DNA from: Isurus oxyrinchus
Taxonomy: Eukaryota
Direction: 5' to 3'
Assembly: GCA_026770705.1 (NCBI GenBank)
Contig: JANJGN010000009.1
Coordinates: 78,802,001 to 78,866,000 of the forward strand
Length of the DNA stretch: 64,000 nucleotides
The first letter of the stretch is position 1. Every line of letters starts with the position of its first letter. Made by a program: the position numbers and the translations under genes. Shown piece by piece: positions 1 through 13,543 of the stretch. The notes below the pieces were generated by a model. It had not been told where the DNA came from, ran no database searches, and worked only from the letters and a program-made list of their open reading frames with translations.

Positions 1-915
1 GTCTGGCAGCATCGGCAGAGAAGAGCACAGTTGATGTTTCGAGTCCTCATGACCCTTCAACAGAACTAAGTAAAAATAGGAAAGGGGTGAAATATAAGCT
101 GGTTTGGGGGGTGGGGTGTTGTTAGGACAAGCAGTCAGTAATAGGTGGAGAGAGCCAAAAGATGTCACAGACAAAAGAACAAAGAGGTGTTGAAGGTGGT
201 GATATTATCTAAAGGTGATAATTAAAAGTAGAGAGCAGGACAGGCAAGGTATAGATAGCTCTAGTGGGGGTGGGGTGAAATAATACAAAAAGGGCATAAA
301 AGGGCATAAACAATGGGTGGAAATACATTTAAAATAATGGAAATAGGTGGGAAAAGAAAAAATCTTCCGACTAGGCACTTTACAGCCTTCCGGACTGAAT
401 ATTGAGTTCAATAATTTTAGATCTTGAACTCTCTCCTCCATCCCCACCCCCTTTCCGTTTCTTCCCCCTCCTTTTTGTTTTTTCCAATAATTTATATGGA
501 TTTTTCTTTTCCAACCTATTTCCATTATTTTAAATGTATTTCTACCCATTGTTTATCTCTACCTTTTATCCCCTTTTAGTATTATTTCACCCCACCCCCA
601 CTAGAGCTATCTATACCTTGCCTGTCCTGCTTTCTACTCTTAATTAGTACATTCCTTTAGATAATATCACCACCTTCAACACCTCTTTGTTCTTTTGTCT
701 GTGACATCTTTTGGTTATCTCCACCTATTACTGATTGCTTGTCCTAACAACTGCCCCCCACCCACCCTTACTTAATCCAGCTTATATTTCACCCCTTTCC
801 TATTTTTACTTAGTTTTGTTGAAGGGTCATGAGGACTCGAAACGTCAACTGTGCTCTTCTCCGCCGATGCTGCCAGACCTGCTGAGTTTTTCCAGGTATT
901 TCTGTTTCTGTTTTT
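1..915. mobile_element. Penelope-like element (PLE) 3' fragment with inverted pLTR copy (runs off left edge)
   Basis: 362-427 (+) reads IFRLGTLQPSGLNIEFNNFRS*, the C-terminus of a PLE GIY-YIG ORF. Bases 1-~361 are an inverted copy of ~500-880, an arrangement typical of PLE insertions. Same family as 56149-56926. Confidence 0.85.
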
Positions 916-3816
916 GTTTAAGATTGCATTCAATTTGATTGCTCCCACCCCACCTCCCTAGATCCCCACAGAATGCTTTGAACTGTTATTCTTTATTTTA
1001 AAAAATCATAAAAATTAAACGACGCGGCTTTTTCCATCTTTTAAAAAGAAAGGTTGACACATTATTATAAGCAGCTGACTGCGGTAACTCCCTTAATGTG
1101 AATAGGACCAAACAATTATTTTCTAACTTAAAGAACACTCATCAAAGGTGAGTTGGCAGACAAGGACAGCTGTGGAACTTTGTAATGTTGAAATTTCCCA
1201 TAATTAATACATCTCTGAAATTGAATGGTTAAATCAGAGACTAACAGAAGGTGGACATGAAATACAAATTTGCTTATACAGTAACGGGTAGTTTTCTGGT
1301 GGAGAAGCTTAGCAAGTCAGGAGAGCTGTTTAGGAAATGACTGAATGAGCACTTAGGATCTAGCCAGCTTTGTGCCATCTGAATTTTTGTCAAAGCAAAG
1401 ATCAAAAATAATATGGTGCAAGAAGACTTAGAAATCACTTTTAAACATAGAAGGAAAAGATGGAATGTATTAGATAGTAAAGCAAGCCAGGATCTTTCTC
1501 CATTCAAGCACTGGGAAAACAAAGTATCTCATCAGCTTCTGGCAAAAAGTCTGTGTTCTCGCCTCCAACCCCATTCCCCTTCTTTTACTGATTGTTCAGC
1601 CTGAGCTATCTGATATTCTGTCTGTCACTAAGCCTGCTCATTTTTACCATTGCCCATTTCTGTCTGTACCTCAATTATGCCAGTTACTGAAATGGAATAA
1701 AACAGACATTTTACCTCCAGACCAATGTCCTACTGGTTGATTTCCCAGGCTACGGTGTTAGTAAACTCAAATTATGTTGTCTGATATTAAGTCTCAATGC
1801 CTAAATTTCTTGCCTTTGCCAATCACAGTAGTTTACTAAGGAGGTTAGATGAAACCTTAAAAAGAAAAGCAGGAATACTTCAAAGAAGCAAGCTTATAAA
1901 ATGCAACTAAGGATAGCTAAAGAACATATTTTTTTAAAAAGTAGGAGAAAATAATATCACTTTGCACAGAGCAGCAAAGTAGGCTTAAGTCTTGCAACTG
2001 TTTTAATAGTAGGAAAAAGATGGATCCATTAAAGGATAAATTGGATAAAACTATTATAAAATTATCAAAATTTGGCAAGTATGCAAGATTAATCTTCACA
2101 TAAATATTTACAACTAAGAATTATAAACAAATTCTTGTCGTAGTAAATGGGTTTAAACAGTGTACAATGCATATAGAATTAACAGAAAACATCTATAAAT
2201 ACAGGATATGAGTATGGGAGAAATCAGGTTAGTTGGTTTTTCAATAGGCAAAAAAATCCAGCACAAATCTGTAGAAGGCTGCCTAACAACATTCATGATG
2301 ATGCAAATGCACGAGAATGCCATTAAAGAACTCTAGCCTTATAGAATAGGAAATGTAATTTTCAAACTAAAAACAAGCAAGATTTGTTATCTTTGGGAGA
2401 CTTGAGGACCATTTATGCAGGTGTATAAGATATGAAATTGTTTCAATGAGGATAAATAAAATAATAAATATAGGAATAATAGCAATAAAATATGAAAGGA
2501 ACTTAATTTTGTTGTGGACATCGTCTGGTTTCCCCTCTGACTGCTGAAGACACCACCAAAATTTCAGGGAGGATTTTACCTACCCAAACTGGCATTTAAT
2601 TGAAACCAGTATTCAAACAAAACTAAAAGTAAAGCTGTAAAGTCTAAGAAAAGCAAAGCAAACAACCCATGCATTCCAACTGGCTATAGAAAATATCCAG
2701 TTAACTACACAAGCATGTTGCTATTCAAGGATCATCCAGGCACGAACAAAAGCTGCAAACTGAGGGAAGCTTTGATCATAATCTGCAACAGTCTGCACCT
2801 AAGGTTGGCAGGTGTGTCGGACCAGGAGCAGACCCACCAGGAGGCCCTCCAGTTTCCTTACCGTGTGCAAAGATTGAGCTAAACTGCAGAATGGGGAACT
2901 TAATTAAAATTTTTGTCGTATAAAAGAATCCTATTTACAGTAAATCAATGGAATTGTGAGTTAGTTAAAGCCTTACCGTACAGGCATAGATCACATCCCT
3001 TTAAAGAGAGAACACCACCAAAGATTAAGGAATGTGGCCCATCCAAAACAAAAATTGGGAATCATAGAAAATTTAAATCAAAATAGCTCTCCATATCCCC
3101 CTCACAGCCTTGTACCCTTCTCAACCTTGGTTACGTGCTAGAACTTTTGCCACTTGAAAATTGTAGTTTCAGCCACACTTCAGAGACTTGAACACATTGC
3201 TGCATGCCCTCGGCACAGCACACGCCCAAGGTGCAACCTTTTAGTTCAGACATTAAACAGGATAGATATAAAAGATCCAGTGGTAATATTCAAAGAGCAG
3301 GCAAGTTCTACAGTGGCCTGGCAGACACTTATTCCTTTTGCTGTCTGGAATCTTGTAGGCAAATTGACTGCTTTGTGTATCTACATTGCATACTGACTCC
3401 ACTTCAAAAGTACTTTATTGGCTGTGAAGCACTTTCGGATGTTCTGAGGTTATAATAGGCGCTACGTCAGTGTTTTGCTTTCTTGCATCTTCTATTGTAC
3501 CCTTTGACTCTTCTTCTGGCCTTCTGTATTATTTCCCCTCTCATGCCCGCCTTTGGCATTAGAGAATTCAGCACTGTTCTTTGTAGTTATTCTCTCAATT
3601 CTTCCACTTTTCTCCACCTATAATCACCTAAGTAAAACGTGCTTTTCAAGAAAACTCAGTCATCCTTTCTAATTTCTCACTCCATGGCTATTATCCTACC
3701 TAGTTCAACTGTGAATTGGGACTTCTCTTTTGAAGATACCATATAAATGCCATGGTTTTATCTAAATGTCTCTGTTTAAGAAGAGCTTCTGAATACTTGT
3801 ACATGTTCTCTTTCAG

Positions 3817-4052
3817 ATGAGTCTGTGGATATATCACTTGAAGTTTATGTTAGCAAGGACTCCGTGACATTATTAAACTCAGCTGAGGATAAGATTGAGG
3901 ACATCTTGGTTTTGCATCTGGATCGGGGGAAGGATTATTTCCTAACGATTGGTGGAAATTACTTACCAAGTTGCTTTGGTACATCACTTGAATCACTGTG
4001 TCGAATGAAGAAGCCAATTAGGGAAGTGCCCATTACCAAGCTTATAGACCTG
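3817..4052 (+). CDS. OCRL: OCRL exon (human exon 18 equivalent), end of ASH domain and clathrin box
   Basis: tttcAG acceptor, GTAAGC donor, 236 nt. Reads [78 protein letters not shown], nearly identical to human OCRL as recalled. Confidence 0.97.
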
Positions 4053-5857
4053 GTAAGCATTTGCATTAATGTGAAAAGAAAATCTACATTATTAATGTTT
4101 TACAAATTTTGGGCACTGCCTCTTGCAAACCTTTCTTATTGCACACTCCACCCCTCCCCTCACGATTTAAATTTAATGACCAAAATTACATTTCTTTGTC
4201 ATAGAACAATGCAGCAAAGAAAGAGGCCCTTCAGCTCATCGTACCCATGCTGGCTCTTTGAAAGGGCTATCAAATTAGCATAATTTTCCTGCTCTTACTC
4301 ATAGTCCTGCAGTTTTTTCCCTTCAATCAAATTATAAAATTGCTTTCAGTTTGACAACAATGACAGCTATGAACTTAAACGAAAAGCCTTTGCTGAAGAA
4401 ATGTTGCTGATATTAGTACATTCTCCTCTTGCTTTAACGCATCTCTATTTATTAATTGAGATATTTAAATCCATGCAAGTGGCATTTGCTGTAAAGAAAA
4501 TGGTTCTGCTAGGAAAAGCACCTAATGATTTGGCCTTTGGTTGTCATGAACAAATCACTGTTGAACATTTGTTCTGATCGAGGCAATGGTGTTTCTGTAG
4601 AAGACTTTCAGCCCTTATGTATTGTCTAATGATATGAAAATGATAAGCAATTGCACAAGCTAAAAGATATGATTTCTGTAAAATGACCCTCCACTCCTCT
4701 TTGTGATAGATGTGTTGTGTTATTAGCACAGGAATCATTAGTGAAGAGTACTATTAATGGAGAAGCTAATTTGGGAGCAAGACTATATTGTTTATCAGGT
4801 ATTTTTATTGTTTATTTTGTGTGTAAGGTCCAATCCATCTCTTATATACATGTGTCACTGTTAACTTTTATCTGAGATGATTCCCTCAGGATTTTTTCTT
4901 TCTGCTCTACCTTCAGCAGCTGCTATAGCAATATTCGTCCCAGTTTGTCAATTATGAACTGTTGAAAGTTTTGGTTTCTTAGCAATAATGTTCTAATGCA
5001 GACCCAGGTAGTGTGTTGCTTTAAACTCTGGCTTTTCACCTCTGGGTTCAAATCTAGCCAGAAAGATTGTCTGCTTTTTGTAAAGACCCTGCATGAAATC
5101 AGCTTGGGAAATATGGATACACAGCATAAAACTACCCAAAATGGGACATTAGTTGGCATTAATTTGGTAATCCCACTCCAAGGGGAGTGGTGGGATGTAC
5201 AAGGTAGCTTGTGTGGGAAATAAGAAAATCTTACACTTGTACTACAGGGGATAGACTTTGGAGACTAGGGTGAGGATACATTGTAGAAGTATTTTTATTG
5301 AGTCTACTGTTCTATATCTGACCTGAAAGTACTAGCTGTTAACATTCAGTGCCTAAAATAGAGGATGTTCATTTCCCTAGCACTCAAAACCCTTACCTTG
5401 ATCAGTACAAGAAAGTAAAAGATGTTATGAAGCTCATCATTTTGCACAAATTTGGAGTCACTTAGGACTAAAGATAGTTGGTGGAAAATGCCACACTGAT
5501 GCAATAAGAACCACTCTTTTGAAGTTGCAGCTGAATTATGCTTTTGGAACCGAATAAAGGGAGCTTTATCCTGAATCTTCCTGTCTTCTACCTGACTTGA
5601 GTGTTTTATTTGTAAACACAGAAGTTTTTCAAAAATTCTCACATTTCCTGGTTGCTGAATTGTACATCCTCAGGTTCATTTCTGAAGAAAGGTTTTTAGA
5701 AAGTGCATATTCTGAAAGTTGTGAACAACACTCCAAAGGAAAGAAGTAATTATAGTTACACTTATCTCAGTCCTATTGTTTCTGCATGTGATACTTTACA
5801 GAAATCTTTCTCTTGCTGATGGTTTTTTTCTCTTTCTATCTCTTGTGCTGTGTTCAG

Positions 5858-5881
5858 GATGATGACCACATGTTACAGAAG
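5858..5881 (+). CDS. OCRL: OCRL 24-nt alternative microexon (exon 18a ortholog), DDDHMLQK
   Basis: Long pyrimidine tract plus ttcAG, 24 nt in frame, GTAATG donor. Position and length match the human EEDSFLEK exon. Confidence 0.88.
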
Positions 5882-6734
5882 GTAATGGTACATTTGGAAA
5901 GTGTTAGACTAATACTGGTTGACTACATCTAATTCTTTCTAAGTATTTCAGCTTTTGAAGGTTAGAACTGTTCTGAGTTTCCCCAATAACCTTGGATATA
6001 AAGTAACAGGTGTACTACTGAACCATACAAACTAGAAAATGCCAGGTTCGATTTCCAACTCTATTGAGTTACCTCATTGCACTTGATCTATCACTATAGT
6101 AATCTCTACACCCCTGGCTAATGAGGTTTAATTACAATCAGGATCCTTGCATCTGATCACTACCCAATGACCCCTGTTGGAAAGTGCACAAAAATGGATA
6201 GCAGTTGCAAAGAAAATTTACCTCTATGAAAGATGGGCTTTATCAGCTGTTCCTCCACCAAATAGTGAGCTAAGAACTGACACTTTCCTTTCTTTTCCCC
6301 AAATTAAATTGAGTAGCAAGTAACTCTGGCACTTGAAATGACTAAGACTTGGTTGGGAAGCCAGCACTGTAAATTGTGAGATCTGTTAGCATTTTTAATA
6401 AGATAACATTGTTGGGTCAGAAATGCCAGTACATTTTTACTGTTAGCTTAAATACTCAGGTAACTGATCAATGTTAACATGCTGAAAAGAGGCTGGAAGT
6501 TTTCTCCTCCTCCTCCTTGGATGGAGGTTGCTTGAGTGTTGGTATCTCAATGAAATGACCATTCATTTATGAACATACACAGTACTTGGTGACTGGCTAT
6601 TAGATCTTGCAGGGCATCCCATTTGAGTCCAATCCTATTCGTGCCCAACTGGTGTGTGCACAGGAATCACTGAAGAACAAGAAGGGTTGAAAACACTGGA
6701 TGAATTATTTTTCCCTCACTCTACCATTGCCCAT

Positions 6735-7643
6735 TGTCATGAAAGGATAATAATTTTAATATTTTTCTGCTTTATTGTAAAGTAGGTTTGTGAGGGTAAG
6801 TATAGTTAGGTCTGTCTGTGTGTGATTTAATTACATTTGAAGTAAAGTTGACTGCAGGCTTTGACTCATCAAAAAAAGCTAGGTGCTTGACATGCTAATG
6901 AGTAAACATGGATGCTGGCTCAGCATGTAAGGTGTGAAGGGAATTTGCATTTTTTGATAGACGAGAAGGGGGATTTGCATTTCAAAGAGAACTCAGTCTG
7001 TTTACAAATAGCCAGACATGCAAGCTAAGGAATGCATTTATTCTTCCCGAGGGTTGCTGACAATATATAGTGACAACATGGAAGTTTTTATATTGTGAGG
7101 AAGATATAGTTCCAAAGACACATGAAACAATTAAATTTACATATTATAAAGAAGAGAAACATATATAAATGAGAATGTGTCAGGGGAAGGCATTGTGAGA
7201 TCGAAGTGAAGAGTATGAAATAGCCTTAATGAAACCTTCAGTATTTGTGTATAAACTTGCTGTTGACTGAAGCTGGAGGAGAAAGCCATTTGGAATTTCG
7301 CTGTCCAGAGTATTGTTAACTTGCTGGATCTTTAAAATCTAAAATCTGTTTTTGGACCGTTGCCTTAAAGGGGGTGTGACTAGGAGTCAGGTTAGTTAGG
7401 AATTTTAGGAGTTATTATAGTAGTAATGTGTAGTTCTATGTATGTGCTTTAAGTCTTTTCTTTTGTCAATAAATATTTTTAATTTTTTTTTAATTTTCTA
7501 GAAGTCTTGGTGGACTTAATACTTCTGAATTCAGTCCACGCATCTCAAAATAAATACAAATTGCAAAACCATTGTGATAGCGCGATCAAGTTTCCCTCGT
7601 GGATTTGATCTGCCTGACGCACATCATCTGCGGCGTCATAACA
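6735..7643. mobile_element. Solo-LTR-like element (TG...CA)
   Basis: Starts TGTCATGA, ends TCATAACA, flanked by ccat/ccag. A related copy lies in opposite orientation at 10910-11745. Confidence 0.7.
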
Positions 7644-7989
7644 CCAGGGACACTGAAACCAATTGCACTGTCCCAACTGATGTCCTGAAATCGGCTAACT
7701 CTGCATAGCCTGGTCTGAGATATTAAAGTAGGGAACCTTTGAGCCAGACCACTGGAGGAGCTTCCTAGGCATCAACTTAATATAAAATAAAAGGTTGCAA
7801 TACTGATGTCTGTCAAAATATCTTTTTGGAGCATTGTTAGTGAATACAATCCACCGATAGTTACAAAATGACCCACAGGCTTCTATGGTACAAATGCATT
7901 GTTGCATTTTTTCTGTGTGAATTCTTAAAATATAGTATTGGTACCTTAAGAATTCCGAGGGAGGCTGACTAACTTCTAGTTTGGAAATT

Positions 7990-9231
7990 ATGTTTGACAA
8001 ATTTGCTGGAATTCTTTGAGGATATAACAAGAGAGTTAATAAAGAGGAACTGGTAGATGTAGTGCATTTGGATTTCCAGAAGGCATTTGATAAACATGCC
8101 TCATAAAAGGATATTGCACAAGATAGGAGCTCATGGTTTCAGGGGTAATGTAATAGCATGGATTGAGGATTGGTTAACACACAAGGCAGAGAGAGTAGGG
8201 ATTGATAGGTTTTTTTCAGGTTGGAAAGACATAACTAGTGAAGTGCCATATGATCAGCTGTAGGACCTCAATTATTTACTGTCTTGGAGGCGAGGGCAGA
8301 GTGTATCCAAATTTGCTACTGATACAAGAATAGGTGCGAGGGCACGTTGTGATGAGGACACAAGGAATCTGCAAGGGGATGTAGATATGTTGAGTGAGCG
8401 GGCAAAAACTTGGCAGATGGAGTTTAATGTAGGAAAGTATGAGGTCATGTACTTTGCTAAGAAGAATCAAAAGGCAGACTATTATTTAAATGGAGAGACT
8501 CCAAAAAAATGCAGCACAGAGGGACCTGGGTGTTCTTGTGCATGAAAAACAAAAAGTTAGCAAGCAGGCCCAGCAAGTAATTAAGAAGAAGAGTTGAATT
8601 TTGGCCTGTATTATTGGGGGGTTGGAGTTTAAAAATAAGGAAGCCTTGTTACAACCGTGCAAGGTGTTAGTGAGGCCCCACCCAGAATACTGTGTACAGT
8701 TTTGATCCCCATATTTAAGAAAGGATATACTGGTATTGTAGGCAGTTCAAAAGAGATTCACTAGCCTGATTCCTGGGATGGAGGGGTTGACTTATCAAGA
8801 ACGGCTAAACAGGTTAGGCCTTTATTCATTAGAGTTTAGAAGAATGAGGAGTGATATTATTGAAACGTACAAGATTCTGAGGGGCTTGATAGGGTAGATG
8901 TTGAGAAGATGTTTTCACTAATGGGGGAAGCTCAAACTAGGGAACATAATTACAGAAAAAGGGGACACTCATTTAAAGCGATGCGAAAGAAGCTCTTCTC
9001 TGAGGGCAGTAAATGTCTGGAATTCTGTACCTCAGAATTGTGGAGGCTAAATCACTGAAAGTATTTAAAGAGGCGGTAGATAGATTTTTAAGATATAGGG
9101 GAGTTGAGGGCTGTGACGAGCTGGCATGACAGAGGTGTTGAGGCCTGGGGCAGCTCAGCCATGATCTTATTGAATGACAGGGCAGGCTTGAGGGACTGAA
9201 TAGCTTACTCCTGCTCCTATTTCTCATGTTC
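7990..9231 (+). mobile_element. Degenerate CR1 LINE, RT region and 3' end
   Basis: Decayed RT motifs (LDFQKAFDK, KFATDT, LVRPHPEYCVQF) with stops and frameshifts, plus a CR1-type 3' tail. Confidence 0.9.
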
Positions 9232-9300
9232 AATCTGACCCTGTTATCAACTAATATTTACGGATCAATTTTGCTACTTTTTAGACTAAATCTAATTCAT

Positions 9301-9973
9301 GGGCAGAATTTTCCATTCGGCATGCGGGCATGCGCCCGACATGCCAGAACATTAACTATCGTGCGATGACGTCGGGTATGCTTCGCGCAGTTGCGTGATA
9401 TTTCATTCGGCAGCGCATCTCCATGGGCAGCGTGCCCACTGATAATTGATAGGCCTTTTAAGACCATTAACCAGTAATTAACCTGAATTTTACGCTGCCT
9501 GTCCAACCTTACGGTTGGTGGGCAGACAAAAAGACCAAGTGGCTTTTACGTTTTTTAGGAAGCCTCATCTGCAAGCGAGATGAGGTTTCCTAAAGCTTTT
9601 ACAAATTAAATAAAAACCTTTTTTGAAAAATAAAAACATGTCCCATCTCATGCGACATGGTCACATGAACGGACATGTTTCATTAAATTTTTGTGGTTTT
9701 TTTTTCAAAAGCACTTCAATCTCTTTGAGGCAGCTCCATGCCTTGGGGAGATTGAAGTGCTCTTTCCTGCACATGCGCTAAAGAGTGCTGGACCCAACTC
9801 TCCCTCTTCCCCTGCCCGCACAGGTAGCGCTCAGTGCTACCACTCGCAAACCATGTAGGGCTGGCCTTAATTGGCTTGCCTGCCTGAAATCATGGTGTGG
9901 AGCCGATCATGGGCGGCAGTCAGCTCCACAGCTGCTCCCGTTGAGCCCGCCCGACGAATAGAAAATCCTGGCC
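9301..9973. mobile_element. Harbinger-type MITE (~670 bp)
   Basis: Termini GGGCAGAATTTTC / GAAAATCCTGGCC and a 3-bp CAT duplication. Homologous to 24118, 31858, 36037, 44855 and 60836. Confidence 0.8.
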
Positions 9974-10434
9974 CATGTTCTGAAATAGGTTGGTGAACCA
10001 GGTGATCTGTTAGCATTCACAGGAACGTTTTTTACTTCTGGGACTCCTTATGCAGAGTTACAATACTCAATCAGCAAAGCATGCTATATATATGCTAAGT
10101 GTGGAAAATTGCAGGATTTGGCATAGCATATGGCACTAAATCATTTGCTTTATCATGACACAAATCTACTTCCATACCAATCTAATTAAACATTCTTGTT
10201 TGCAGTGATGCAGCCTGCTGGTAAGGTGGCTCCAATAGCAGCTGTCTTTTGGTGCACTTTTCTGGGACAAAAAGGAGTACGAGTGAAAATAGCAAATTTT
10301 ATAAAGGATTGATAAATATAAAATTGATAAACATTAATTGCTGGTTACAGTTTATAGCTTATGTAAGTAGGCAGCGAATGAAGAAGATTATAAAATACAT
10401 TGTTCATAAATTTTCACAGCATTCTTGAATATGT

Positions 10435-11910
10435 TATAAGTCATAGAGTCATTTATGGTATGGCACAGAGGAGACCATTCTGACCATCAAGTCAATGCCT
10501 ACTCTCCATAGAGTGATCCCAGTCAGTCCTGTTTTCCTGCTCTATCCCTACAGCCCTGCAAATTTGTTTACCTCAAGCGTATATCCGGTTTCTTTTTGAA
10601 ATCATTGATTGTCCCCATTACCCTCATGGGCAGCAAGTTCCAGGTCAGTATCACTTGCTGCATTAAAATAAGCTCTTCGTCATGTTGTCCCAGCATCTTT
10701 TGCCCAAAACCTTAAATCAGTGTTCCCTAGTCCCTCTACCATCAGCTAATGGGAACAATTTTTCCTTGTCTATCTTATCCAGATCAATCATCTTGTACAC
10801 TTCTATCAATTCTCCCCTTAATTTCCTTTGCTCCAAGGAGACCAACCTTAGCTTCTCTAATCTAGTCTTGTAGCTAAAGCCTCATATCCCTGGAACCATT
10901 CTGGTTAATTGTTATGATGTGGTAGATAACGTGTGCCAGGCGGATCAAACCGACGAGAGAAAGTTGATCGCACTATCACAACGGTTTTGTAATTTGTATT
11001 TATTTCAAGATGCATGCACTGAATTCAGAAGTAATAAGTCCACCAGTAGAGATTTTTTAAAACTAAATTAAAATATTTATTAACAAAAAAGATTTCAAGC
11101 ATATACATAGAACTACAAATTACTACTATAATAACACATAAAATTCCTAATTAACCTTTAAGGCAACGGTCCTAAAATAGATTTTTATATTTTAAACAGA
11201 TCCAACCAATTAACAAAATACCCTGGGACTGTGGAATTCAAAGTGGCTTTCTCCAGCTTCAATTTCTGTAGAGCCAACTTATGCACAAATGCTGGAGGCT
11301 CCATTAGACTACTTCACACACTCCTGTTAGATCTCATGATACCTTCTCTTGACACACAGCCTCACTTTCCTTTTATATATGTTTCTCCCTTTTTAATATG
11401 TAAATTCCATTGTTTCTATATGTCTTTGGAACTTTACCTTTCTCATAATGTAAATCTTTTCACATTGCCAATATTCTCATTAACCTCTTTGAAATTCAAA
11501 CCTCCCTTCATCTATCTAAAAATGCAATTTCGTGACACACCTTACATGCTAAGACCCCAACCACGTTTACCTACTTAGCATTTTAAAGACACCTTACCTC
11601 TTTTGATAACTTTAATCTGCAGTTTGCTTAGGTACAAAATGTAATTAAATGACACACAGGAAAAAAAGCACAACCACCCGCCCCCCCTATAAACCTACAT
11701 TACGATAAACCAGAAAAATATGAAAATTATTTAACTTTCATGACAGTAATCTCCTCTGCAGCCTCTCAGGGATTCTCACACATGCTTCCTAAAATGTGTT
11801 GATCAGAACTAGCTGCAATAAAGATGATGAGTATTTTCCTTACTGTTTGCCACTCCTTCAAGTTTGGTATCGTTGGCAAATGTTGACATTTTGCTCTGTA
11901 TTCCAACATC
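10435..11910 (-). mobile_element. CR1 3' fragment interrupted by a solo LTR
   Basis: Reverse CR1 tail (tcatagagtcat...) and RT 3' sequence. The CR1 sequence resumes (ctcctctgca) after the LTR insert. Confidence 0.75.
10910..11745. mobile_element. Solo-LTR-like element, inverted relative to 6735-7643
   Basis: TGTTATGA...TCATGACA termini with ttaat/gtaat flanks. The first ~150 nt are the reverse complement of ~7500-7643. Confidence 0.7.
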
Positions 11911-13543
11911 CAAGTCAGTCATACATAGCAAAAAGGTCTTATTTATATGCTTAAATATTAGGTCTGTGGAATATCTTGCCACAATTTTGCTCCTTTTCCT
12001 ATTACTTTCAATGCTGGTGAGAATTCTCTTCTGACTAAAGGCAACATCAGCAATTGTGAATGAAGTAATAAAAAATTGTGCACGTACATAATGTTGAATG
12101 GTGAGGAATGAATAACTTGTTTATACATCTGTGGCTTTAACATTCTTGGAAATAATAGATTAAAATCAACATCTTTCAAGGTACAGGGAAAAGAAACCTG
12201 TTAATAAATCTTGGCTAAAAGCTGTATTTTTGCATTGTTGATGAACAGTATTCTGTTTGCAAATTTTGCTATTTTATTTAGCCATAAATTGTTGCCTCCT
12301 GCTCTGCTCATGTTTTTTCTCTGATATTCATCTTTTTGCTATTACAGTTTCCTTGATCTTTTTAAAAAAAATAAATCTTTCCATTTATCATATCCAAAAT
12401 ACTACTGCTTCCCGAAAAGTACATGCTTTCTTTTCCTGCACTGCATCTCTATGTTATGAGTACTAGTGGAATAGCTTTACACATTCACACATACAGTGAA
12501 TGCATTGAGAAGAGTACTGATGGAATGTCCACTTTTCAACTATGTAAATTATTTTTTCTCGAATTTCCAACAAAACGTTGAAGTTTTTCACTCCTAACTT
12601 TCCCTGTACTTGAATAAAATTAAATCCAAAATATTTTTAGAATTTTTTTCTTAAGTTTAAAAACTGAAAATTGAAGATTTTTAAAAGTTTCAGCTCTAAG
12701 ATATGCTGTACAACAATGCAGTGTAACATTGATGTGATATCTTGGAATGTTGTGTACCACACAGTCTCTCCTGATTTTGCAATTTGTGTATTTAGATAGT
12801 CAAAGAAAATGGACCTGAAATAGACATTCCTACTACTAAAGAGTAGAAAAGCCCAACACTTCTTCCAGGCACTTCTCCCACTTTTCAGTTCCTTAGATAG
12901 TTTTTATCACTCTCTCCCCGCCTTTAGCACTCCTACATTTCTTTCTTACAACCCAGTTTAAAGCCTTGCTCCTTGGCAATTGGTGCTTAGATAACCATGC
13001 GCACGCAAGAGAGTCAATGCATCCATGCATTGTTAATAAATGAACATGTTACTCATCAGATCAAAAAGTAAGCTTGGTGCAAAGTCATCATCACTATATT
13101 CCCTTGTGGCATAATGTAATGAAACATATAATTTTCTCATAACTCCTGTAATTTAAAAAAAGTGAAATTTTGCCAGAGATCAAGTCATAGCCTATTAATG
13201 ATACGAGAGGACTAACATAATTTCTGAATATGGCACTTGGCCACAGCGCACAATTATTGCCTAGAAATTAGAAATTCTGTAGGTTTTTTGGAAAAGAAAA
13301 AATAGTTTTTTTCAAAAATGAATAACTCTTAATTCAAACATTTTTTGCAAAACATTTGACTTTCATGATGAAGATCAATCTGATTGCTATAAAACATTAT
13401 AAAAATACTGCAAAGTACTGTTGTACTATTTAATCAACAAAAGCCTAGATCCTGGTCTGGATTTGAATGAGCTGTATGAATCACAAATGACTAAGAACTT
13501 GTCCCTTTCCAACAACTGGCCCTGAATTGTCCAAATTCTTTAC

